The translations under genes and the position numbers were made by a program. Shown one piece after another: positions 1 to 7,251 of a DNA stretch of 36,254 bases. The notes under the pieces were generated by a model that saw only the letters and a list, made by a program, of their open reading frames with translations, made no database searches and was not told the origin of the DNA. Numbering within the stretch: position 1 is the first letter of the stretch; the number at the start of each line of letters is the position of its first letter. The stretch lies in IMG/VR virus record IMGVR_UViG_2531839432_000012. The stretch is one strand, 5' to 3'. Origin of the DNA: a virus (taxonomy: Duplodnaviria > Heunggongvirae > Uroviricota > Caudoviricetes).

Positions 1-981
1 CTAACGTCTTGCTTTTAACAATAACCAGATAAACACCGGCGCACCCAACGTTGCGGTGACCACGCCAATAGGCAGCTCTGCGGCAGCTAATGCCAGGCGC
101 GCTACAATATCGGCCAGCAGCAATGCGCTCGCCCCTGCCAGCGCGCAGCCGGGAAGTAATACGCGATGATCGGTTAAACCACACAGCCGGAGAATATGTG
201 GGATCACCAGACCAATAAAGCCGATAGCACCCGCCAGCGCCACACTGACGCCAACCATCCAGCCGGTCGCTGCCACCAGCACATTGCGCCAGAACCACAG
301 GGGTAAACCCAGTTGCCGCGCCGAGATCTCGCCAAGTGCTAACATATTCATCGGCCTGGACTGACAACAGATCCACAACAACACGGGGATCAATGCCAGC
401 ATCAGCCAGCTTTGCCGCCAGTCTACGCCGCCAAAACCGCCCATCATCCAGTACATCAGCTGACGCAAATCAACTGAGGTGGAAAAGTAGATAGCCCACG
501 TCATTAGTGCGCTACAGATAATCCCTAATGCAACGCCAGCCAGCAATAACCGACTGGTCGAAAGATGACGACGGGCGAAACGTAAGAGTATTAAAGTGAT
601 GATAAGCGCGCCAGCAATCGCACACAGCCCTAGCGCCCAGTTGGGGAGTTGCCCTTGCCCAAGTAATACCGCGGCGATAAGCCCCACGCCTGCGCCGTTA
701 GAGACGCCAAGTAGTCCAGGTTCTGCCAGAGGATTTTCAAACAACGCCTGCATTACAGCGCCGGATATAGCCAGCGCCGCACCAACCAGCAATACAGCCA
801 GCGTACGTGGCAGGCGAATTTGCCAGACGAACAGTTCGCCACGAGGAGTAAACCAGTCACCTGGCGAGATCCATTGTTCACCGGCGCAAAGGCTTAAGAG
901 AAGCGCCAGCAGCATCAAAACTGACAGGCATAATAACCAGCGAATATTTTGTCGCTGTTGTTGGCGGGCAAGTGTCAGCAT
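1..981 (-). CDS. btuC: Vitamin B12 ABC transporter permease BtuC (complete, 326 aa; stop codon at 1..3)
   Basis: Full-length ORF; translation is a polytopic membrane permease matching remembered E. coli BtuC essentially end to end ([17 protein letters not shown]...LLKARR). Recognition from memory, not a search. Confidence 0.9.
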   Translation of the reverse strand: MLTLARQQQRQNIRWLLCLSVLMLLALLLSLCAGEQWISPGDWFTPRGELFVWQIRLPRTLAVLLVGAALAISGAVMQALFENPLAEPGLLGVSNGAGVGLIAAVLLGQGQLPNWALGLCAIAGALIITLILLRFARRHLSTSRLLLAGVALGIICSALMTWAIYFSTSVDLRQLMYWMMGGFGGVDWRQSWLMLALIPVLLWICCQSRPMNMLALGEISARQLGLPLWFWRNVLVAATGWMVGVSVALAGAIGFIGLVIPHILRLCGLTDHRVLLPGCALAGASALLLADIVARLALAAAELPIGVVTATLGAPVFIWLLLKARR

Positions 982-1039
982 GGTATCCGTTCTGCTGAAG
1001 TGTCATGGCGTTGATTTTACGGTGACTCTTCGACAGTGA

Positions 1040-1064
1040 AAAGAAAAAAGGCCGCAGAGCGGCC
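1040..1064 (-). terminator. Rho-independent terminator for leftward transcripts (stem GGCCGC/GCGGCC, loop AGA, followed on the minus strand by a U-run)
   Basis: Seen in sequence: aaaagaaaaaaGGCCGCagaGCGGCC on the plus strand; lies between the end of the 1174..1728 gene and the btuC start. Confidence 0.5.
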
Positions 1065-1173
1065 ATAAACACAAGCAAAAATCAATAAGTTAGATAATTA
1101 TCAAAGACTTACAGACACACAAAAACACAGCCAACCACAACAAATAACAGGGATGTGGTCAATTTGTGGATCA

Positions 1174-1728
1174 TCAGCCAACAAATTTAGCAACAAATAC
1201 AGCAACCGCCGCCGTGAAAATGGTTGTGCATACTGGCACAATAATGCCACTCCAACGCCACTTCGTATTATCATCAACCTTGTCAACCCGCCGATTCATC
1301 TCATCCATAATCTTGTCAAAGCGTTTATCCATCGCTTCGGTAAGCTCACCCTTCAGGCTGTTAATGTCTGATTTGAGCTGCTCTTTCAGGTGAGCTGTAT
1401 CAGATTTAAGCTCACCTTTCAGATTCGCAATATCGCATTTAAGATCACCTTTCAGATGAGCAATGTCTGCTTTGAGCTCACCTTTCACCTCACCAACATC
1501 AGCTTTGGTTGAGAGGTTTGTAGTGCGTTCAGTAAGCGTCGCAAGGTCGTTTCTTGTTAGCGATAAATCACCTTCGAGTCGCTCAATTCGCCTTTCAAGT
1601 TTATCTGACATTCCGCCTCCACTACTGCCGCCATCGCCGCCATGATAAAGCACATCACGCTCAGAATGCGACATACTACCTGCTGAATTACCGAAAAGGT
1701 TTCTTGCTGCATTACCCATTTTCACCAT
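1174..1728 (-). CDS. Hypothetical tail-anchored coiled-coil protein: Gly-rich N-terminus, 11-residue tandem repeats, C-terminal transmembrane helix; start may be ATG at 1719 or 1611 rather than 1728
   Basis: ORF of 184 aa; repeats KGELKADIAHL/KGDLKCDIANL/KGELKSDTAHL/KEQLKSDINSL; hydrophobic C-terminus IIVPVCTTIFTAAVAVFVAKFVG; the ATG at 1719 overlaps the stop of the upstream gene (ATGGGTAA). Confidence 0.6.
   Translation of the reverse strand: MVKMGNAARNLFGNSAGSMSHSERDVLYHGGDGGSSGGGMSDKLERRIERLEGDLSLTRNDLATLTERTTNLSTKADVGEVKGELKADIAHLKGDLKCDIANLKGELKSDTAHLKEQLKSDINSLKGELTEAMDKRFDKIMDEMNRRVDKVDDNTKWRWSGIIVPVCTTIFTAAVAVFVAKFVG
1339..1503. repeat. About five tandem 33-bp in-frame repeats encoding the 11-residue coiled-coil repeats of the 1174..1728 protein
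   Basis: Seen in sequence: repeated units of the form atttaagctcacctttcagat...gcaat with minor substitutions. Confidence 0.6.
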
Positions 1729-2212
1729 CCTGCGCTTTGTCTTTCTCCAACCACTTCAGCACCGCAGACGTACGGTAAAGGCTCAGGTAACCACAATTCA
1801 GGCAATGCAGCGTGTAATAAGTTTTGCGCATATCAGGTATGCTCTTAACATCACCAAAAAAAGTATAAGATACATAATGCTTTATGTTCTCTTTAATTAA
1901 CTCACTCTGCTCCTCCAAGGGTAGATTGTTAAAATTTTCTGGTTTCTTATTTTTATCCCAACAAAGATCCATACTTTCAGGAATAGATAATCGCGACGAT
2001 CCACATGAAGGGCAGACACTGGAGACCCCCTTCTCAGACAAGAAACGGAAGAAGATTTCTGGCGTAATCTCCATCAGCCGCTCTTTATGTTTTTTGACAC
2101 GACTCATCGACTTCTTATTGATTTCATCAGCTTCTTCTTTGCATTTATCTTCTATATATTTCGATAGTAAATAGTCATATAACTCTTTTTTTGTAGGTTT
2201 TTTTATTTCCAT
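1712..2212 (-). CDS. Hypothetical low-GC protein with two CxxC pairs (CPSC ... CLNC), putative zinc ribbon; translationally coupled to int
   Basis: 166-aa ORF; visibly AT-rich compared with neighbours; start codon 2 nt downstream of the int stop with GGGAGG 9 nt upstream (inside the int 3' end); Lys/Glu-rich. Confidence 0.6.
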   Translation of the reverse strand: MEIKKPTKKELYDYLLSKYIEDKCKEEADEINKKSMSRVKKHKERLMEITPEIFFRFLSEKGVSSVCPSCGSSRLSIPESMDLCWDKNKKPENFNNLPLEEQSELIKENIKHYVSYTFFGDVKSIPDMRKTYYTLHCLNCGYLSLYRTSAVLKWLEKDKAQDGENG

Positions 2213-2214
2213 AG

Positions 2215-3192
2215 TTACATTCCTCCCAAGGGATTAAACCTCACCGCATCCTGCAAGTAATCCGGCGCAAGATGGGCATAAATCATCGTTGTCTGAATCT
2301 TTGCGTGCCCCAGAATTTTCTGGAGCGTCAGAATATTGCCGCCGTTCATCATGAAATGACTGGCGAATGTGTGGCGCAGCGCATGAACAGCCTGGCCGTC
2401 GGGAACATCAGGTGCGACCGTTTTGATGACATCGCGAACCAATGGATAATCCAGCGTCGGAAACACCAGTTTCCCGCCCCGTTTTTTGATCTTTTCAAAC
2501 AGGCTTTCAGAAATAGGAACGGTACGGTTTTTGCTGTTCTTCGTTTTTGAAAAAGTGATTCGACAATGAAGAACACGGCGCTGCTCCAGTGCCACTACCT
2601 CGCCCCATCGCGCCCCGGTCGACAGAAGGATTTCGACAGCCAGCCGTTCATCAGGATTTTCAGCCAGTGCATCCAGCAACTGAACACATTCAGACTTACT
2701 CAGATATCCCATTTCGCGCTCGTTAACCTTCATTCCTTTAAGGCCTTGAACGGGGTTATCGTTAAGAAAATGGCCGGATGAGATGAGTGCGGTAAACATC
2801 GCGCTTAACGCCCCAATCTCTCGATTAATAGTGCTGGGCTGTATCCCCTGCTCTATCCTGGACACACGTAGCTCGGTGAGCATCGTTGTATTAAGTTTAT
2901 GCACGCACGGGTCATCCATTGCCTCACTCAAGCGCAGCAATTTAAGGCGCGTGTTATGCCCTGACTTCATTAGCTGGCCGTGGTATTTCCACCACAAGTC
3001 AATAAGCACTGACAGCGGACGGCGATCAATGGAGTTTCCTTTCCACTCATTGTTATGCTGTTGCGCCAGCACCCACCGCTCATATAAAACTGCATCCGAT
3101 TTCGTTTTAAATTTTTTACGAATGCGTTTGCCTTTACGCCCCTCCGGGCGCATGTCAAGAAGATACCCTCCCGGAATTGATTTTATGCTCAT
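2215..3192 (-). CDS. int: P2-family tyrosine integrase (start taken at MSIKSIPGGY, not the longer ORF start at 3342)
   Basis: Translation has the phage-integrase C-terminal signature (HALRHTFASHFMMNGGNILTLQKILGHAKIQTTMIYAHL) and N-terminal arm-binding region; position next to the repressor as in P2. Confidence 0.85.
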   Translation of the reverse strand: MSIKSIPGGYLLDMRPEGRKGKRIRKKFKTKSDAVLYERWVLAQQHNNEWKGNSIDRRPLSVLIDLWWKYHGQLMKSGHNTRLKLLRLSEAMDDPCVHKLNTTMLTELRVSRIEQGIQPSTINREIGALSAMFTALISSGHFLNDNPVQGLKGMKVNEREMGYLSKSECVQLLDALAENPDERLAVEILLSTGARWGEVVALEQRRVLHCRITFSKTKNSKNRTVPISESLFEKIKKRGGKLVFPTLDYPLVRDVIKTVAPDVPDGQAVHALRHTFASHFMMNGGNILTLQKILGHAKIQTTMIYAHLAPDYLQDAVRFNPLGGM

Positions 3193-3241
3193 TCGTGAAA
3201 CCCCAGCGTTACAAGACCACCATGCCCCCAGCGCTCCATGA

Positions 3242-3553
3242 TTAGCCGGGCTGTGTGCCAGTCTTGCGGGGTTTTTGAGAAGGCGATGTGCTTTTTGGCC
3301 CATCAGGGGAGAGAGACGGACTGATCTGCCCAGCAGCCTCATTTGTTTCGTTACTCATCAACCACGTGGTGTATTTTTTAAAGTTCGGATGCATTGTGAT
3401 TTTCAGTAAAACCTCCGTCCCCACACCTCTAATACCAGTCTCATATTGCTTAACTGTACCAACCGCAATACCTATTGAATCCGCGAACTTTGCCTGGCTA
3501 AGTCCCTCAGATTCTCGAATTGCTTTTAGCTTCTTTGATATCTCTATTGACAT
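3242..3553 (-). CDS. Immunity repressor (P2 C-like), small HTH protein (start taken at MSIEISKKLKAIRESEGLSQ)
   Basis: HTH-like segment LSQAKFADSIGIAVGTVKQYETG; divergent from the early operon as in P2 int-C / cox. Confidence 0.7.
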   Translation of the reverse strand: MSIEISKKLKAIRESEGLSQAKFADSIGIAVGTVKQYETGIRGVGTEVLLKITMHPNFKKYTTWLMSNETNEAAGQISPSLSPDGPKSTSPSQKPRKTGTQPG

Positions 3554-3648
3554 GGTGTGCACCTGAATACTATATTGGTTATCAGTTGAGTACCACTTGA
3601 CGCCACAAAAAGCCACAAATAGCACCAGATTGAATAGGTTATCACATC
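3554..3648. promoter_or_regulatory. Divergent early control region (Pc/Pe-equivalent) with candidate operator direct repeats
   Basis: Seen in sequence: GCCACAAA at 3602..3609 and 3612..3619 (10-bp periodicity); GGTTATCA at 3577..3584 and 3637..3644; TTGACG -35-like hexamer at 3596..3601. Confidence 0.4.
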
Positions 3649-3927
3649 ATGGCAAAAGTCCTGAACACATACGAACAAGCGGATTTTGAGCGTTTGGCGG
3701 CGTTCTACCCATACCGTGATGAGCATGGGTTACCTGTGCTTGAAGAAAGCCTGGAAGATTACGCGAAACGCACGAATCAAAGCATTCTTGCGGTAAGAAG
3801 GCAGGCCGACAGATCAGTAATCCCCGTCACCCAAGAAGGAAGAAACACAAAACGCAAAGTAAACCTTTTCGCAATATTCCTGAAAACCATCAGGAGCGAA
3901 GAGAAATACGTGCAGATGACAAAATAA
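3649..3927 (+). CDS. First early-operon gene, Cox/Apl-like position (putative excisionase / early regulator)
   Basis: 92-aa ORF at the position of P2 cox; assignment by synteny only. Confidence 0.4.
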   Translation: MAKVLNTYEQADFERLAAFYPYRDEHGLPVLEESLEDYAKRTNQSILAVRRQADRSVIPVTQEGRNTKRKVNLFAIFLKTIRSEEKYVQMTK

Positions 3928-3941
3928 CGAGGTGTCATTTT

Positions 3942-4280
3942 ATGCTGAAGCAACGCCGTAATTTTCGTACCGGAACAGAACGCCACGCTAACCGTTTCAC
4001 TACCAGTGCATCACGCAGCAACATCCGCTACAGCCTGAGTGATACACACGCAACGCCGGATGGCTACCCAGTAAAACAAATCGGCGAGCACGCCTGGCTG
4101 ATTGAGAAAGCTGGAATCGTGATCCACAAATGCCCACGCAATCCGTTTACCGGAAACCGCATTTTTGCATTGAGCTGTGGCGACAATCAGTTCGGGCAGG
4201 ATTTCACATTATACGAAGCACTTCGCACGGTTGATCGTCTGCTTCGCGGGCAAAGTTTTATTAAACAGGCTGATTTATAA
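3942..4280 (+). CDS. Hypothetical early protein (112 aa)
   Basis: ORF in the early operon; no recognisable motif. Confidence 0.5.
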   Translation: MLKQRRNFRTGTERHANRFTTSASRSNIRYSLSDTHATPDGYPVKQIGEHAWLIEKAGIVIHKCPRNPFTGNRIFALSCGDNQFGQDFTLYEALRTVDRLLRGQSFIKQADL

Positions 4281-4290
4281 CAGGTGCTTT

Positions 4291-4578
4291 ATGACCAAAG
4301 ACCATGCACAAGGGGTATTTATCCGTTTTATTGATTTTCGCGGTGAACTGTTATTACGTGCATCCGCTATTGACGGAGTGACTCCGGCGGGTAAAAACGG
4401 AGCCGACGAAGCCACTTACGTTTATCTGAACGGCACGCGACTGCTTGTGGAACTTCCGTACCAGACCGTACGAGAAATCATTAGCGAAGCTGAAAAGGCA
4501 CGCCAGGTTAATGGCGATGAACCCTATATCGAAATTATTTGTATGGATTCAGAAGCTGAAATACAGAAAGCAGATTAA
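4291..4578 (+). CDS. Hypothetical early protein (95 aa; start at ATG 4291 inside the longer ORF 4177..4578)
   Basis: In-frame ATG after the upstream stop; same operon. Confidence 0.5.
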   Translation: MTKDHAQGVFIRFIDFRGELLLRASAIDGVTPAGKNGADEATYVYLNGTRLLVELPYQTVREIISEAEKARQVNGDEPYIEIICMDSEAEIQKAD

Positions 4579-4589
4579 AGGGCGTTGTG

Positions 4590-4832
4590 ATGGGTAAAGA
4601 ATATAAAACTCTCATTAACAAAGCACTTGAGCGTTTTTATTTTCGCTTAAGTGCATCAGGCGCTCATGCTGAACGTGCGGCCCGTGACTCATTGACCAGA
4701 GCAATCCGAAGTCTGTATGACGTGGCTTTTTACGCTGATGATCTGGATGCACTTAACGAACTTTCCGAGCTGATCTGTGCCGCAGAATGCGGGGAACATA
4801 TTGAACCGTATAAGCTGGGAAATATCGCATGA
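4590..4832 (+). CDS. Hypothetical early protein (80 aa)
   Basis: ORF with adjacent GTG/ATG start; same operon. Confidence 0.5.
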   Translation: MGKEYKTLINKALERFYFRLSASGAHAERAARDSLTRAIRSLYDVAFYADDLDALNELSELICAAECGEHIEPYKLGNIA

Positions 4833-4966
4833 GTATATTTATTTCATGGCTTGTTCTGATTATTTCGGTGGACTGCGCCATTGGGATTATGCGAATTATT
4901 AATTCAGTGAAAAAGATCGAGCGTTTTTCTCTGATGAATAACGATACAAATAAAACATCAAATTAA
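4829..4966 (+). CDS. Possible small hydrophobic membrane peptide (45 aa, MSIFISWLVLIISVDCAIGIMRIINSVKKIERFSLMNNDTNKTSN), start overlapping the upstream stop (ATGA)
   Basis: Hand-translated from the sequence; below the ORF-track size cutoff; one predicted TM helix followed by a polar tail; AT-rich. Confidence 0.3.
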   Translation: MSIFISWLVLIISVDCAIGIMRIINSVKKIERFSLMNNDTNKTSN

Positions 4967-5033
4967 ATAAGAAAACGTGAAAACCATCCGTATTAACGGA
5001 GGTATTCGCACACGTAAATAACGGAGATATAAA

Positions 5034-5450
5034 ATGAACGCAAAAGAAGAAGGCATTATCGACACATTAAAAAAAATATCAAAAGCGGAAGATGAAATGG
5101 CTAAAGATGCCGTGAAGCGTAGCCAACATATGGCAGCACTTCACGCACTGACCATTGCAAAAATCACCGCTGACGCAGCCAAAATTATTGAGGAACAGGG
5201 CAAAAAAATCGACACTCTTAAAACACAGTCAACAGTTGCAGCCATGAATCCGCCCAGCATTGGACGCCGCATTCACATTCTTGGTTCGGCAATAATGACG
5301 CAATACACCATTATTGCCGAACTGCACGGCAAATACCTGATAACGCCTTACCACACAAAAGAGTCAGAGCTTCTGACAAATCTCCGCCTGATAGAACTCT
5401 CTCAAGCTGTATTCATTGATGACGCGCAACGTGCCGTATTTAACGCATAG
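5034..5450 (+). CDS. Hypothetical protein (138 aa) preceded by an AT-rich ~200-bp spacer
   Basis: ORF with AGGAG-like RBS region (acggagatataaaATG). Confidence 0.55.
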   Translation: MNAKEEGIIDTLKKISKAEDEMAKDAVKRSQHMAALHALTIAKITADAAKIIEEQGKKIDTLKTQSTVAAMNPPSIGRRIHILGSAIMTQYTIIAELHGKYLITPYHTKESELLTNLRLIELSQAVFIDDAQRAVFNA

Positions 5451-5473
5451 GGTTACTGGACAAAGGGGGCGCA

Positions 5474-5677
5474 ATGGCAATTAAGCATTTTCCCGTCGTT
5501 CGCTTTACCTCCAGAGGGCGCGAATACGAGGTCGACGAACGCCTGATTACCACTATCGACAAACATCGTTCGGAAAAGGATGCACACCACATCTACCTCA
5601 CTGACGGCACTTATTTCTGCGCCACCAACGTGGCGCGGGTGAATCTTATCCGACAGGTACAGGAGCCACGCAGATGA
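5474..5677 (+). CDS. Hypothetical protein (67 aa)
   Basis: ORF with RBS GGGGG upstream; tight spacing with neighbours. Confidence 0.5.
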   Translation: MAIKHFPVVRFTSRGREYEVDERLITTIDKHRSEKDAHHIYLTDGTYFCATNVARVNLIRQVQEPRR

Positions 5678-5940
5678 CCATTCTGGACTACATCGCTACC
5701 CATCCGGGTTGTAGCGGCGGAGAAATCGCCGCAGCACTGAATACTCCAACCACAGCCATTAATGCTGAGTTACGCCAACTTTGGCGCGGCGGCTTAGTCA
5801 TCAGAACAAACCGCAGCACAGGTGGTCGCGCTCGCAAAACTGGAGGCCAGGCTTCTTACCACGTAAACCCGATGCCGTTCGGGTGTAGCAATCCACTTAC
5901 TCACATGTTTAACCAGCTACTGAAGGAAGCCAGAGCATGA
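5674..5940 (+). CDS. Hypothetical protein (88 aa), possibly a small winged-helix DNA-binding protein
   Basis: Start overlaps the upstream stop (ATGA); HTH guess from the composition of the translation only. Confidence 0.45.
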   Translation: MTILDYIATHPGCSGGEIAAALNTPTTAINAELRQLWRGGLVIRTNRSTGGRARKTGGQASYHVNPMPFGCSNPLTHMFNQLLKEARA

Positions 5941-6236
5941 GCACCATCAACCACCAGAAGCTACGCGAACTGGCATTTACCCTGCAACGAATGGCAACGC
6001 CTCAAAAATTACTGGCATTTCGCGCAATGCTCTCGCCGTCTGCTGTGCTGGCACTGCTGGATGAGCTGGAGCACGCCAGAACCACGGCTCCTGCCATTCG
6101 CCTGACGCTCCATCATGAAATCGCTGATTTCTGCGCGACGTTGGAGGCGCCGGGCGAACCGGAAACGCCGGAAGCAATACAGCAAGAGCTGCTGCAACGC
6201 ATTGACAAGGTTTTTGATTTTTTTCTGAACCAGTAA
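5937..6236 (+). CDS. Hypothetical protein (99 aa)
   Basis: Start overlaps the upstream stop (ATGA); same operon. Confidence 0.5.
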   Translation: MSTINHQKLRELAFTLQRMATPQKLLAFRAMLSPSAVLALLDELEHARTTAPAIRLTLHHEIADFCATLEAPGEPETPEAIQQELLQRIDKVFDFFLNQ

Positions 6237-6558
6237 GAAACCAGAGCATGCACACACAAAAAAACCGCTTGCCACGCCGCAATCAGTCAGGTTACATTTC
6301 CGCTGCACCTCATAAAACGGGTGCCGGGATTTCCACCCCGCTGACTAGCAAAGCGCACAACCGCGCCAGCGGTTTTTTTGTGCGTACCGTATCGCCACGT
6401 CTTTTTCGCACACGAATTATGGTGGGGCGTATGGGGCCGACTTCGGTCGGGCCGGGTTCTTTGCTAGCCGGTTGTGGAAACCCTGTACGTCTCACCACCC
6501 CGAGTTTTCCACCTCTGGATGGTGAGTTTTTAAAACTTACTAGCAAAGAGGCCACACC
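6237..6558 (+). other. Structured non-coding region inside the early operon with three terminator-like hairpins and ACTAGCAAAG-type repeats; candidate attenuator or small RNA
   Basis: Seen in sequence: long-range inverted repeat AAAAAAACCGCTTG (about 6259..6272) / CAGCGGTTTTTTT (about 6367..6380); GC hairpin GGCCGAC-TTCG-GTCGGGCC near 6433..6452; hairpin CTCACCA...TGGTGAG followed by TTTTT near 6502..6535. Confidence 0.3.
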
Positions 6559-6789
6559 ATGGCAAACCGCAAACAACAGCGCGCATACGCTGCGCGTCGT
6601 CACATCCAGACTGAAATCAACCGTAGACTTTTCCGCGCATCACGCGTCGCGCAAATCATGCACATCAATATGCTGCATGAGCGCAGCCACGCGCTATCGA
6701 ACATCTATTCCGCCTCTGTTTTCAGCTATCTGGCGGATGATCTGCGCGAGCTGCAACAACTCTTCCAGCAGCAAAACAAACTCCATTAA
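6559..6789 (+). CDS. Hypothetical protein (76 aa)
   Basis: ORF with RBS (agaggccacaccATG). Confidence 0.45.
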   Translation: MANRKQQRAYAARRHIQTEINRRLFRASRVAQIMHINMLHERSHALSNIYSASVFSYLADDLRELQQLFQQQNKLH

Positions 6790-6861
6790 TTCCTGTTCCG
6801 GGCCTTTCCTGCACCTTGCGGCGGGAGGCCTTCGCACATCTGTAGTAAAGAGAATTGCAGC

Positions 6862-7251
6862 ATGATTGACGCTCATGACTTCACAAGATGGGTGCGCACA
6901 CAGGACACCCGTCTGGCTCCCGTTCTTCAGGGATTATTTGATCTCTACATCCGTGGTCGTGACAACAGAGCACGCACCACAAAACCGGAGAATGCAGACC
7001 CCCTTTATTTCACAGTAGACGACTGCTACCGCGTGGACTTCACACCACACGGGCTGGCGTTGCACTGCCTGACACCACACGGAGAATCACTGCTGGCGTA
7101 TTACGACTCCCCGGCCTCCGTATTTGCGGCAATGCTGGCGCATCGCACTGCTGGCGGGTGTGCCTCGCTGAGTGAATACACCGCTGAATTTAACCGCCTT
7201 TCTGCCCTCTTCTCGCAGGAGTGGCAGCGCGTGACGGGATACCAGCCATGA
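6862..7251 (+). CDS. Hypothetical early protein (129 aa) immediately upstream of the replication gene
   Basis: ORF; its stop overlaps the A start (ATGA). Confidence 0.5.
   Translation: MIDAHDFTRWVRTQDTRLAPVLQGLFDLYIRGRDNRARTTKPENADPLYFTVDDCYRVDFTPHGLALHCLTPHGESLLAYYDSPASVFAAMLAHRTAGGCASLSEYTAEFNRLSALFSQEWQRVTGYQP

Noticed and set aside
878-1078. 66-aa minus-strand ORF overlapping the btuC start and the terminator hairpin
   Set aside because: Overlaps the btuC 5' end out of frame and includes the terminator stem; no RBS; considered spurious.
6248-6865. 205-aa ORF on the plus strand spanning the structured region
   Set aside because: Ser/Thr/Arg/Cys-rich low-complexity translation, no RBS, overlaps the better-supported 6559..6789 gene in another frame and runs through terminator-like hairpins; judged non-coding.
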